DNA of 32,000 bases from Raphidiopsis brookii D9 (lineage in GTDB: Bacteria; Cyanobacteriota; Cyanobacteriia; Cyanobacteriales; Nostocaceae). The position numbers were made by a program, and so were the translations under genes. Each line of letters begins with the position of its first letter. Position 1 is the stretch's first letter. The DNA lies in contig ACYB01000035.1 of the NCBI GenBank assembly GCA_000175855.1, positions 30,001 through 62,000 of the forward strand, read 5' to 3'. Under the pieces are notes generated by a model, which did not search any database, was not told the origin of the DNA, and saw only the letters and a list, made by a program, of their open reading frames with translations. Positions 1-9,535 of this stretch are shown here, one piece after another.

Positions 1-669
1 GATTTCCGGGAGTTTTCGCTCATCCCACCCTGGAAAACTGAATTATTAGTCCAAGCTGTGAATCAAGCTGCTCAAGATGTTGGTATCAAACTAAAACCAC
101 AAGTTGCTGAAACTTTGGCGGAATCTATTGGTAATGATAGCCGACTTCTCCACACAGAAATGGAAAAATTGCGTCTTTATTTAGCTAGTAGTAATCATCC
201 ACTGAATAGTGCAATTGTAACCCAACTAGTCAGAAATACCACTCAAAACACCCTTCAATTAGCTGCAGCCATTAAAATCGGTGATTCGGCCGAAGCATTG
301 GGCATTTTAGGAGATTTAATTGGTGCTGCTGAACCGGGACTAAGAATAGTTGCTACCCTCACGGGTCAATTCCGTACTTGGCTATGGGTAAAAATGATGA
401 TGGAATCGGGAGAGCGCAATCCTCAGGCGATCGCCCAGGGTGCGGAGGTCAGCAATCCTAAGCGGACTTACTTCTTACAGCAAGAAGTCAAATCTCTATC
501 TGTAGAACAGCTTGTTTTCTCCTTACCCATACTGTTGGAATTAGAAGTTAGTCTCAAGCAAGGAGCTTCGGAGATCCCTACCCTCCAAACTAAAGTAATT
601 GAACTTTGCCAACTATATCAGAAATCCGGAACTTTTCAACCTGAAAATAAATCAAATCTACTAACATAA
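1..669 (+). CDS. holA: DNA polymerase III subunit delta, C-terminal part (5' truncated by window edge)
   Basis: Frame 1 is open from base 1 (DFREFSLIPPWKTELLVQAVNQAAQDVGIKLKPQVAETLAESIGNDSRLLHTEMEKLRLY...), typical of the delta subunit including the 'GNDSRLLHTEMEKL' segment. Confidence 0.85.
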   Translation, partial: DFREFSLIPPWKTELLVQAVNQAAQDVGIKLKPQVAETLAESIGNDSRLLHTEMEKLRLYLASSNHPLNSAIVTQLVRNTTQNTLQLAAAIKIGDSAEALGILGDLIGAAEPGLRIVATLTGQFRTWLWVKMMMESGERNPQAIAQGAEVSNPKRTYFLQQEVKSLSVEQLVFSLPILLELEVSLKQGASEIPTLQTKVIELCQLYQKSGTFQPENKSNLLT

Positions 670-772
670 ATATGGGTGTATATCTTAAACCAAGAGGTAA
701 TGACAATTCCAAAGCCTCTATATTTACGCGTCATGGGCAAAACAAATCTTGTACTAGTTATCAACTTTTATT

Positions 773-1197
773 ATGATCTCTAACCTGTTAAAATTTCCCT
801 CTTACCAATTCTCACTGCTGTTAGTTTAATCTTTACTCTCGCACTAACTAGTAAAGCCAATGGTCAAAACCCAGCTATCACCAGCACCGAAATCACTAAC
901 TATGCCCAAACAGTAATGATTATGGAACCTAAACGTCAGCAAGCTTTCAAGGAGATTAAAACCCTAATTAATACCAGATCCATTCCCATAATTATTTGTA
1001 ACGATGTAAACAGTATCAAATTACTACCGAGGGATGCCCAGAAAATAGCTATCAACTATTGTAATGAGTATGAAGAAACAGTATCTGAAAACAATCTTAC
1101 CGTTGACAGGTTTAATCAAATCACAGTAGAAGTTAATAATAATAGTGTTTTAAGAGAAAGAGTACAAAAATTAATGATGGAGAAAATGGGACTTTAA
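773..1197 (+). CDS. Small secreted DUF4168-like protein; N-terminal signal peptide region apparently frameshifted near 827
   Basis: ORF 916..1197 plus an open frame from 784 encoding ...SLIFTLALTSKANGQNPAITSTEITNYAQTVMIMEPKRQQAFKEIK...ENNLTVDRFNQITVEVNNNSVLRERVQKLM. The only upstream ATG giving a signal peptide (773, MISNLLKFPSYQFSLLLV*) is in a different frame. Confidence 0.5.
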
Positions 1198-1296
1198 TAG
1201 TGCTTTGAGAAAGATCACCAAAATTATAGAATATAATGGGTGGTGGGAGGAAAACCAAACTTCCACACGTAGTAGATCCACAATTATTGAAGAGCA

Positions 1297-1578
1297 GTGT
1301 CAGTCGAAACCATTGAAAAACCGTCCACAACCCGCAAGCTGGCGCCCCGTTATCGCGTCTTGCTGCATAATGACGACTATAATTCCATGGAGTACGTCGT
1401 TCAGGTACTTCTTTCCACCATACCCAGTCTCACCCAACCTCAAGCTGTTACCATTATGATGGAAGCTCACAGTAATGGGTTAGCTTTGGTTATAAGCTGC
1501 GCTTTAGAGCATGCTGAATTTTATTGTGAAAGTTTAAATAATCATGGTCTTACTAGCACCATTGAACCTGACGATTAG
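1297..1578 (+). CDS. clpS: ATP-dependent Clp protease adapter ClpS
   Basis: GTG start; RVLLHNDDYNSMEYVVQVLLSTIPSLTQPQAVTIMMEAHSNGLALV matches the ClpS core (HNDD...M..V...L). Confidence 0.93.
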   Translation: MSVETIEKPSTTRKLAPRYRVLLHNDDYNSMEYVVQVLLSTIPSLTQPQAVTIMMEAHSNGLALVISCALEHAEFYCESLNNHGLTSTIEPDD

Positions 1579-2381
1579 TGATAAAAAATAATATTAAAAT
1601 GTTTAGACCTAGCCAAATAGCTTTGTGGATTTCCCAGAGACCTGCTCCGCAGAGGGTGGGCTGTTTTGTATTATGTTTGTTAGTATTATGGTTGCCTTTT
1701 GTCATACCAATATACTTATTGGTGGAAGATGGCAATTTAGAAAGCATTTTCAGCATGGTCTTGCTATATGGAGAGTTTATTGTCTTGGTTAGGTTATGGG
1801 GGAAAAAAATTTATCAAAGAGACAAAATACTAACTGACTATGGTTTAGAGCTGTCTAGCTTAAACGGTGTAGATTTCTGTCAGGGTTTAAGTATAGGAGT
1901 ATTAAGCATTATATTACTATTTAGCATACAAGGTTTATTAGGTTGGATCCTATGGCAACCGCCAAAAGCATTTATAGTTCAAATCATCTGGGAAGGTTTA
2001 CTAGTTGCTAGTGGTGTTGGTTTTGCAGAAGAATTATTATTTCGTGGTTGGTTGCTAGATGAGCTGAACCGAGATTATGGTTCCCGTTTATCCACGGCAA
2101 TAAATGCCATTTTATTTGCAGTTGCCCATTTCATTCGACCAATATCAGCTATTATTAGTACCTTACCGCAATTTCCAGCTTTAGTATTACTAGGCTTAAC
2201 TCAAGTGTGGGGAAAGCATAAGAAAAGAGGAAGATTGGGTTTACCCATGGGTTTACATAGTGGATTGGTTTGGGGATACTATATTATTAATGTGGGAGGA
2301 CTGGTTCAACCTTCAGGAATAGTTCCCGATTGGGTGACAGGTGTTAATAATAATCCCTTCAAGGTATTGTGGGAATGTTAG
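1578..2381 (+). CDS. CPBP family intramembrane glutamic endopeptidase (Abi/CAAX protease-like)
   Basis: EELLFRGWLLDEL and FAVAHFIRP motifs, multiple hydrophobic helices; GTG start overlaps the clpS stop. Confidence 0.88.
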   Translation: MIKNNIKMFRPSQIALWISQRPAPQRVGCFVLCLLVLWLPFVIPIYLLVEDGNLESIFSMVLLYGEFIVLVRLWGKKIYQRDKILTDYGLELSSLNGVDFCQGLSIGVLSIILLFSIQGLLGWILWQPPKAFIVQIIWEGLLVASGVGFAEELLFRGWLLDELNRDYGSRLSTAINAILFAVAHFIRPISAIISTLPQFPALVLLGLTQVWGKHKKRGRLGLPMGLHSGLVWGYYIINVGGLVQPSGIVPDWVTGVNNNPFKVLWEC

Positions 2382-2473
2382 GTATGGCTCTGTTGGCATA
2401 TCAAATGCGGGTAAAATAGGGTAAATGCTCTTGTAATCTTCTTACAATCTATATAATGGAATAGTTTTAGACC

Positions 2474-3361
2474 ATGAAAGAATTGAAAACACTATATTTC
2501 CTGTCAATGCAAAATCTAATCCATGTTATTTTTGCTGCTTTTTGCATTATCATTAACTTGACACTTATTGTAATAACTACGTGCCTACCAGCAGAAGCAA
2601 TATCACTACAAACTAAACCAGATACAATAGAGAGTAATGTGACATCCATTCACCTATTATTAGGTAATCCCAGTAATGCCACATCCAGTCTTGACAATCC
2701 AGATAATTATCTAATGATAAAACCTCAATATGCATTGTCCTACAATCGCAGTCATGGTAGTGCTAACTGGGTTACTTGGCAACTTGATAAATCCTGGTTA
2801 GGAGATGCTAAACGCCAAGATGATTTTAGACCGGATGACACCCTACCTAATGGTTGGACGCGTGTAAAGCCAAGTGTTTACAACAGTTCGGGATATGATA
2901 GAGGTCACATTGCCAGATCAGCAGACAGAACCCAGAGTGTGGAAGACAATTCGGCCACTTTTTTAATGACTAATATTATTCCTCAAACACCGGACAACAA
3001 CCGTAATACCTGGGGTAATTTAGAGGACTATAGTATGAAATTAGCTGGGGAAGGAAAGCAACTTTATATTATTGCTGGTGGGTTTGGTGACAAAGGTAAA
3101 CTGAAAAATTTGGTGACAATTCCCCAATACACCTGGAAGATTATTGTGGTTTTAGATCGACCTGGTTTGGGACTGAAAGATGTGAATGTCAACACTCGTG
3201 TGATTGCTGTCAATATTCCCAATGATGAACAACTGGATAATAATTGGAGAGTCTTTAGAACCAGTGTTGACAAGTTAGAAGAATTAACAGGATATGATTT
3301 TCTCTCTACTGTTTCTCCTGATATTCAGAAAGTAATTGAAAGCCAAGTTGATAACTTGTAA
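2474..3361 (+). CDS. Secreted DNA/RNA non-specific endonuclease (NucA type)
   Basis: N-terminal hydrophobic signal segment; DRGHIARSADRT active-site motif; TNIIPQTPDNNRNTWGNLEDY. Confidence 0.92.
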   Translation: MKELKTLYFLSMQNLIHVIFAAFCIIINLTLIVITTCLPAEAISLQTKPDTIESNVTSIHLLLGNPSNATSSLDNPDNYLMIKPQYALSYNRSHGSANWVTWQLDKSWLGDAKRQDDFRPDDTLPNGWTRVKPSVYNSSGYDRGHIARSADRTQSVEDNSATFLMTNIIPQTPDNNRNTWGNLEDYSMKLAGEGKQLYIIAGGFGDKGKLKNLVTIPQYTWKIIVVLDRPGLGLKDVNVNTRVIAVNIPNDEQLDNNWRVFRTSVDKLEELTGYDFLSTVSPDIQKVIESQVDNL

Positions 3362-3378
3362 CCACCCCATTTCCAGTT

Positions 3379-3816
3379 CTAATCTTTAGCGTACTTGTCA
3401 AGAATCTGCGCTAAATCAGGTACCACTTCTTCCACATGCTTTTTGGCTGACACTCGTAGTTTGCTATAAACACCCTTGATGGTGGAATTAGTGCTTTTTT
3501 CAATACGAATATCAGTAACACTAAATATGGCATCTGCTGTACGAGAGCGATTTTGGGTGAGGTGGGTTACCGCATCTCCCGTTTCTAATCCCTCATTCCA
3601 TAATGGTTCAAGTGCAGCAAAAGATTGTGGTAAAAGACGTTCAACCGCCCCAGCACAATACTTGGGACTTATTCCCTTAATAGTAGCATAGCCAGCTTTA
3701 ATGGCAATGCCAGAAATACCTCCAATATTGGCAACTCGTGTTTCTAATAAATTCATGCAGTCAGCTACCAGCATTTGTCTTTTATCATCATTTTTTAGAC
3801 CATCAATCAGAGCCAT
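3379..3816 (-). CDS. Conserved hypothetical protein (DUF6918-like)
   Basis: 145-aa ORF (MALIDGLKNDDKRQMLVADCMNLLETRVANIGGISGIAIKAGYATIKGISPKYCAGAVERLLP...) resembling a conserved cyanobacterial family; family name from memory. Confidence 0.7.
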   Translation of the reverse strand: MALIDGLKNDDKRQMLVADCMNLLETRVANIGGISGIAIKAGYATIKGISPKYCAGAVERLLPQSFAALEPLWNEGLETGDAVTHLTQNRSRTADAIFSVTDIRIEKSTNSTIKGVYSKLRVSAKKHVEEVVPDLAQILDKYAKD

Positions 3817-4084
3817 GTTTATTTTTCCTTCTAAGAATCTCTTGAGTAGTTTATATGTAGCACAACCCAGTTAGCAAGTGATAAACAACAGAATCAGGAC
3901 TGTTATTTTGGTTTTTAAAAACTTACCAAATAATCAAAACAAACAATAAATAATTCTCTTAAATCTAAATCTAATTCCGATTTTTAAAAATCGCCCAAAT
4001 AATAAATAGGGCAAATCCCAAGTATGCAAAAACGGTCAACCATTCCGCAAGGTTACTCATATCCTATATTTTTCCCGATAAATC

Positions 4085-4759
4085 CTAATCATGATAAGTT
4101 TCTAGAATTGTACCCAATAAACAAGCTTGATATAAATTAGCTCCATTTAGACTAGCTGCTTCCAGCTCAGCACAAAGTAAATTTGCTCCTGCTAAATTTG
4201 CTCCTGCTAGATTGGCTCCTCTTAAATCGGACTCTTCTAGATTCGCTTGATTTAATAATGCTCCTTGTAGGTCTGCACGACTCAAATCAGCACCTTTAAG
4301 GTTTGCTCCAGTGAGGTTAGCACCTCGTAGATCAGCATCCCTGAGATCAACCCCCTGCAAGTTAACACTCATCAGGTTAGCACCGCTGAGAAAAGCTGCA
4401 GTTAAAGATGCTCCCGCAACTGTGGCGCCCATTAAATTTGCACCTCGTAAATTACTCCCCCTCAGATCTGCACCAGTGAGATCTGCTTGCATTAGATTGG
4501 CCCCTAGTAGATTTGCTCGTAAATCTGCTCCCTGCAAGCTTGCACCCATTAAGTTAGCTCCTTCAAGATGTGATCCCTCCAGGTTAACACTGACTAAATG
4601 GGCACCCATTAAATTTGCACCTGCTAAATTCGCGGCAGTTAGGTCAAATTCAGACAAGTCCTGGTCTTCTAAATTTGCACCTGGTAGTTGTTTAGTTTTT
4701 TCTGATTTTAGAGTTTCTATGTTCATTTTGGTTCTTAGATTTGAGATTGGTTGAATCAT
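4085..4759 (-). CDS. Pentapeptide repeat protein
   Basis: Long run of A(D/N)LXX repeats (ADLRGSNLRGANLMGATVAG...). Alternative start at 4726 (MNIETLKSEK...). Confidence 0.93.
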   Translation of the reverse strand: MIQPISNLRTKMNIETLKSEKTKQLPGANLEDQDLSEFDLTAANLAGANLMGAHLVSVNLEGSHLEGANLMGASLQGADLRANLLGANLMQADLTGADLRGSNLRGANLMGATVAGASLTAAFLSGANLMSVNLQGVDLRDADLRGANLTGANLKGADLSRADLQGALLNQANLEESDLRGANLAGANLAGANLLCAELEAASLNGANLYQACLLGTILETYHD

Positions 4760-6060
4760 GACTGTCGGGAATCAATTAACCACATAGTATTACTAAATTT
4801 GGGTAGATCCAGTCCCTGTTGTAAACCCAAGACTAATAAGTTAAGGGTATTTATTAGTTCAGGGTCAAAGCGAGTCTGCTCTTGCTGTTTGCATTTGGAA
4901 AAAGCGAGGGCAAATATATCCTCCATACTTTGGGAATTTTTGTGCTGTTGGTTAATCTCCCGTTGAAATTCCATGAGTAAAGCTATAATTCTCGACTCTA
5001 AAGGAATTTCTTCCCCGGACAACCCCTCCGGAACACCACTACCATTCCACCACTCATTCTGATGGATAATTATTCGAGCTATGTCCTGTAATTCTGGCAT
5101 GATCTCTAACACCTGCACTTCCCCATTGGTTTTATTTTGTTTCAGGTTATATATACGATGTAGTAAAGCGGCTAAACGTAATCTTTTAATTTGCCATGGG
5201 GGAAGATCAAGTAATTGTGCCATAACTTCTGCCATTCCTGCTACCTGAACCGCAGCCATGGGATTCTCAATATCTCTCATCTCTATCAATTCAGCCATCC
5301 GCAATAAAGCCTGTAATTCGTTAGAAACTAAGTTACGACTCAGAGAGTTTTTCTTTGTGGCGGATGTAACAGTGTTTTCACTACTCTGTAAGTACTCAAT
5401 GACACGAGATACAATTACCCCAACCTCCTCAGAAGAAGCCATTTGCGTCTCAATTATCTGTTTATGGCTATTGAGCTTGCGTGCCAATTCCTGATTGTAA
5501 TTTTCTATATGGGCGATCGCCAGTTCTGTAGTTTTGAGGACTAAATCTGGCTCAAAGGTCCACATTCCATAAAACTTCCTTTCCAGGTCAGAAGTTGGCA
5601 AACCCTGCATGCCATAATCCCCATCCGATAATTCCTGACAAATAACCATTGATGCGTAACTAGGAGCCAAAATAATTAAATGCCATTCTTGGGATAAGGG
5701 ATCTGTGGTGTTCAACTCCACCAAATTGACGTTTGGCAGCTGACTGGTGGAATGTGCTGTAAAACCCGCGTCATCAGTAGCCATAATCACAACATCTTGA
5801 CTACATGCTGCTATCTCCCTGTATCTATCAGCTTCTTGTAAATACCATTTACCGCGTTGAAAACAAGTAACCACTAGAGGGCGCTCTCTCTTGTCTAGGA
5901 TATGGTCTTCCAGTGCGTGACAGAGAGAGACCAGGGTATTTTTATAATACACTCCATAGCGAATAGGTCGGTTACTATGGCGGCAAACGGTTTCTAGTTG
6001 TTGGAGAATAGAACCTTTTAACATGAGAGGAGGGGGGTGGGATAATGATTTAAGATACAC
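4756..6060 (-). CDS. DICT sensory domain-containing protein with C-terminal HD/phosphohydrolase-like helical region
   Basis: MLKGSILQQLETVCRHSNRPIRYGVYYKNTLVSLCHALEDHIL... DICT-type N-terminus; C-terminal WQIKRLRLAALLHRIYNL...WWNGSGVPEGLSGEEIPLESRIIAL resembles a degenerate HD-GYP-type region. Probable start at 6024. Confidence 0.7.
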   Translation of the reverse strand: MYLKSLSHPPPLMLKGSILQQLETVCRHSNRPIRYGVYYKNTLVSLCHALEDHILDKRERPLVVTCFQRGKWYLQEADRYREIAACSQDVVIMATDDAGFTAHSTSQLPNVNLVELNTTDPLSQEWHLIILAPSYASMVICQELSDGDYGMQGLPTSDLERKFYGMWTFEPDLVLKTTELAIAHIENYNQELARKLNSHKQIIETQMASSEEVGVIVSRVIEYLQSSENTVTSATKKNSLSRNLVSNELQALLRMAELIEMRDIENPMAAVQVAGMAEVMAQLLDLPPWQIKRLRLAALLHRIYNLKQNKTNGEVQVLEIMPELQDIARIIIHQNEWWNGSGVPEGLSGEEIPLESRIIALLMEFQREINQQHKNSQSMEDIFALAFSKCKQQEQTRFDPELINTLNLLVLGLQQGLDLPKFSNTMWLIDSRQS

Positions 6061-7645
6061 TAGCCAAATTTTCTGGCCGAGTCCTTTCCATGGGAGCTGT
6101 CAATGCTGATTCCAAGTCAGCACAACCTAACTGTTCTTCTAAGATGTTCATTACCTCTCTTCCGAAATCGTTAGGATTACGACGCCAGGCCTGTAAACAT
6201 ACTTCTCCAAAAAAAGAACCAAGTGGTTCTGGGTTCCACAGAAGTTTTTTAGCTGTCCAAGGCATTAAACTCATAGGATTATAACCTGGTTTGAGGACAC
6301 CAGTTTTAAACGCATATTCTTCTAGATGGGTATGGGGTTGCAATCCAATAAAGAAAATTGCCGGTTCCACCTTATCACTGCCAAATATTCTTTCTAGCTC
6401 TCGATGATAGGCAATAGTTTGACGAATGGTTTCAAAATTTTCATCAATAACATTAAAAGAGTAGTTGACGGAAACTAAATCATTAAAACCTGCTAGTTTC
6501 AGATCTCGGCAGTTTTGTAAGACCGTGCGCAAGTTATAACCCATACGCATTTTGCGTACAAGTTCCTGAGAACCGCTAGTAATACCAATTTCAAAGTAAT
6601 TCATGCCAGTTTTAGCCATCAACTGACACAGTTCAGGTGTTAGGTTGTCTGCTCTAATATAGGCGGCCCAATGGATACCCGTCATACCAGAATCAACTAT
6701 TTTCCCTAATAGTTCTATGGCATCATCAATATACTTACGAGCGGGGATAAATTGGGCATCAGTAAACCAGAAGTTACGAACCCCACGTTCATATAACTGT
6801 CTGATTTCAGCTACCACTTCATCAGCAGGGTTAATACGAACTTGTTTACCTTCTACCACAGTGTATACACAATAGCAACAATTATGGGGGCAACCACGCT
6901 TGGTTTGTACTCCAATATAGAAATCTTTGTCCTGTAAATAATAGTTGAATTCCGGCCAAACGGTTTCGATATAATCGTAGTTGCAAGCGGTTTTTTCTAA
7001 GGGGGTTGGTTGTTCGTGAATTAACCGTTGACGGGGAGTATTTTGCCCTACCACATAACAGCGTTCATCACGGAATTCTTCTCCTTTGAGATATTTAGTT
7101 AGTAAGGTTTCTCCTTCCCCCACAGAAACAATTGTTCCCTCAGGTAAACTTTTCCCCAACTGTTCATAAAATACACTCACTGCTCCACCACCAACTACTG
7201 CACGTGCTTGAGCCTGGTATTTTTTGGCGCGTTTCATCCCACCCCGGATTAACCCTAGGTTTCGCCAAAGTTCTAAATAATAGGCAATGAAGATGCGCAA
7301 CCCACCCAAAGCTCCCCGTAATTTGATTAAGGGATTTTTGGCGTAGTAAAATTCAAAGGCGTTTTGTAAAGGGTTACCACCTCTACCGCCCACGGGAGCA
7401 TATATTTGAATATCTCGCCAAGAAAAAACTAATAGTGTGGGTTGAAATTCATCTATACATCTATCCAGCGCAGTACCATAGTCCAGGGGTGGAACTGTGC
7501 CCAGGTCAAAAATTCGTTGTTCAATGTCAGGGAATTGTTTGTGAACATGATCACAAAGGTAAACTACCCCAATAGGAAAGATGGGGTTACAGGGAAGACG
7601 AACATAAAGTATTCGGTTTGCCATCATGGTTGTTTTAACTGCCAT
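6050..7645 (-). CDS. B12-binding/radical SAM protein of the photosystem II high-light-acclimation family (BchE/slr0905-like)
   Basis: CPHNCCYC radical SAM CxxxCxxC cluster motif; N-terminal MANRILYVRLPCNPIFPIGVVYLCDHVHKQFPDIEQRIFDLGTVPP. Family name from memory. Confidence 0.82.
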   Translation of the reverse strand: MAVKTTMMANRILYVRLPCNPIFPIGVVYLCDHVHKQFPDIEQRIFDLGTVPPLDYGTALDRCIDEFQPTLLVFSWRDIQIYAPVGGRGGNPLQNAFEFYYAKNPLIKLRGALGGLRIFIAYYLELWRNLGLIRGGMKRAKKYQAQARAVVGGGAVSVFYEQLGKSLPEGTIVSVGEGETLLTKYLKGEEFRDERCYVVGQNTPRQRLIHEQPTPLEKTACNYDYIETVWPEFNYYLQDKDFYIGVQTKRGCPHNCCYCVYTVVEGKQVRINPADEVVAEIRQLYERGVRNFWFTDAQFIPARKYIDDAIELLGKIVDSGMTGIHWAAYIRADNLTPELCQLMAKTGMNYFEIGITSGSQELVRKMRMGYNLRTVLQNCRDLKLAGFNDLVSVNYSFNVIDENFETIRQTIAYHRELERIFGSDKVEPAIFFIGLQPHTHLEEYAFKTGVLKPGYNPMSLMPWTAKKLLWNPEPLGSFFGEVCLQAWRRNPNDFGREVMNILEEQLGCADLESALTAPMERTRPENLASVS

Positions 7646-7696
7646 CTTGCCAACTTATCGGGGACTTTTGAAGTTAGAAACTCAATTTATCTACTA

Positions 7697-8155
7697 TTAT
7701 AGATACTTTTGAACCACATTCCAACCTGTGAGACAGACCCAAGCAAAACCGAAAAACAGGATTCCATTCAGGGTGATGTGTAAGGGTCTGGCCCAAAATT
7801 TGCCCTCGCTAATTTGACTAGCACTAAGAGCAGAAATCAGAACCAGTATGACTACGGTTAATCCAGCAAATAAATGGGAAGAATGCCCTAGGGAACCAAA
7901 ATGCCCTATTGTACCAACTATACCAATTAATAACAGTAATAATACTAAAAATATCAGGGTAATACCAAGAAAATAATGGAAGGTTTTGACCAAATTATTG
8001 ACTTTTGGCACAACTACGCCTACGGGAGATCTACCATTAGTTCTGACTTGCCATAACCAGTAAGCTGTAATAGCTAGAATAGTATAGACGAAAATGGCTA
8101 GACCCATAGACCAAGCAGCTATTCTCCATAGCCATAAAAAAGAAGGTAGGTGCAT
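7697..8155 (-). CDS. DUF4079-like integral membrane protein
   Basis: Several hydrophobic helices, MHLPSFLWLWRIAAWSMGLAIFVYTILAITAYWLW...FHYFLGI; ORF is open to 8251 but the likely start is the ATG at 8155. Confidence 0.6.
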   Translation of the reverse strand: MHLPSFLWLWRIAAWSMGLAIFVYTILAITAYWLWQVRTNGRSPVGVVVPKVNNLVKTFHYFLGITLIFLVLLLLLIGIVGTIGHFGSLGHSSHLFAGLTVVILVLISALSASQISEGKFWARPLHITLNGILFFGFAWVCLTGWNVVQKYL

Positions 8156-8382
8156 ATATGTTTTTCTTACAGTTTCAATCTCGATTATCCCAACATTTGG
8201 TATGTATTTCCATAAAAAAGGTGCTGAAATTAGCACCTTTGTGGTTAACAAGGATATTTTTTTCTAATCACAACATATTAATCGGGAGTTAAAAAAGCAC
8301 AACTGTTTAATTGACATGATCAGTCATGATTGAGCCAATTGGGGTAGTTGCGGAATAATCTTTAATCCTTACTGTAGGAAGT

Positions 8383-8763
8383 TCAAGAACTCGCAAGTGT
8401 TCTTGCTTCTAACAATGCGAATTGTTTATGAACTTCGCTAGAAATATCACGATTGTTATCAACAACTACTGCTAGTGTCGGGGTTTCATTATTCTCATCT
8501 TCATCTGTTTCCGTCAATCTTAAGCGATCGCAGGGTATAGTATCAGAGAGAATTGCACTAGCCATCATTCCCGTGTGAACTTCCATTTGAGCATATTTAG
8601 GAGCTTCAAATACAAGTCGCTGTCCGGGAAAGATAACCCTTTCAAAATACCAATTGGGAACGTTAGAGATACGAGCTACCTGGATTTTGCTCGTAGCATT
8701 GATGTAGCAGCAGAGGATTTTCCCCGATTGCTCTGGTGGTAGAGAATCTAATATTTGAGCCAT
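8383..8763 (-). CDS. DUF1830 domain-containing protein
   Basis: MAQILDSLPPEQSGKILCCYINATSKIQVARISNVPNWYFERVIFPGQRLVFEAP, characteristic small cyanobacterial family. Confidence 0.8.
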   Translation of the reverse strand: MAQILDSLPPEQSGKILCCYINATSKIQVARISNVPNWYFERVIFPGQRLVFEAPKYAQMEVHTGMMASAILSDTIPCDRLRLTETDEDENNETPTLAVVVDNNRDISSEVHKQFALLEARTLASS

Positions 8764-8985
8764 AACTGCTGAGGAGCTTATTACGCCGCAATTTTACATT
8801 ACATATCTAACTTTAGCACTCAATGATCCCCAATTGCTGTAACTGGGACTACCAACTGGAATTTTCTACATTATTTCTATCGAAAGTTGGAGGATTGCTT
8901 CCGTTTTTGCCACTGGTTTTTTAGATTTATGATAGGATATGGTAACGCTCTCAATCCCATATCTGGATTCTGTCCCAGAAAATTT

Positions 8986-9525
8986 ATGACTGAAAGCACC
9001 ACTTTTTTCCTTTCTCCGTTGATTAGAATTACTCTTCTAACACTCTATATAGCCCTAACTCTACCCTTACCATTTTTAGCAGAAGTTACACAAGCACCTG
9101 TCACACCACTAGTATTATGGTTAGGCATAATAATTGGATTAGTGGCATTATATGGAGTCCTCACCCAAAGAGTAATTGTGAACGAACAAGAAATTCAAGT
9201 CACCTATCCTATTTGGGTTCCTAAACTGTTACGTCAAGACTGGTCCTTACCCTGGTCTGAAATTAAAAGTCTCAAATGTCGCACCACAGGACAGGGAGGT
9301 TTGGTTTATTATTTCCTCACGGATGAGGGCAAAGCTTATTTGTTGCCCATGCGCGTTACTGGATTTAACCGTCTAGTGAAGTTTGTTCAGTTAAAAACTG
9401 GTATGGACATCACCGATGTCCGTCCTCTATCCCAGCCTTGGATGTATATAATCTTATTGACTTGTACTTTTATCCTGTTATTAGTAGATGCTTGGACTAT
9501 TAACATGGCTAATTCTATGATTTAA
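8986..9525 (+). CDS. Conserved membrane-anchored protein with a PH-like domain between transmembrane helices
   Basis: Start at internal ATG (MTESTTFFLSPLIRITLL...); two N-terminal helices, soluble beta-rich middle, one C-terminal helix. Confidence 0.65.
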   Translation: MTESTTFFLSPLIRITLLTLYIALTLPLPFLAEVTQAPVTPLVLWLGIIIGLVALYGVLTQRVIVNEQEIQVTYPIWVPKLLRQDWSLPWSEIKSLKCRTTGQGGLVYYFLTDEGKAYLLPMRVTGFNRLVKFVQLKTGMDITDVRPLSQPWMYIILLTCTFILLLVDAWTINMANSMI

Positions 9526-9535
9526 CCTTGATTTA

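Noticed and set aside
3978-3993. Perfect palindrome CGATTTTTAAAAATCG
   Set aside because: No loop and AT-rich core; a similar TGTTTTTAAAAACA occurs at 22462-22475. Not enough to assign a function.
4311-4754. 147-aa plus-strand ORF opposite the pentapeptide gene
   Set aside because: Repetitive APxxxAP composition is the antisense shadow of the pentapeptide repeats; no independent coding evidence.
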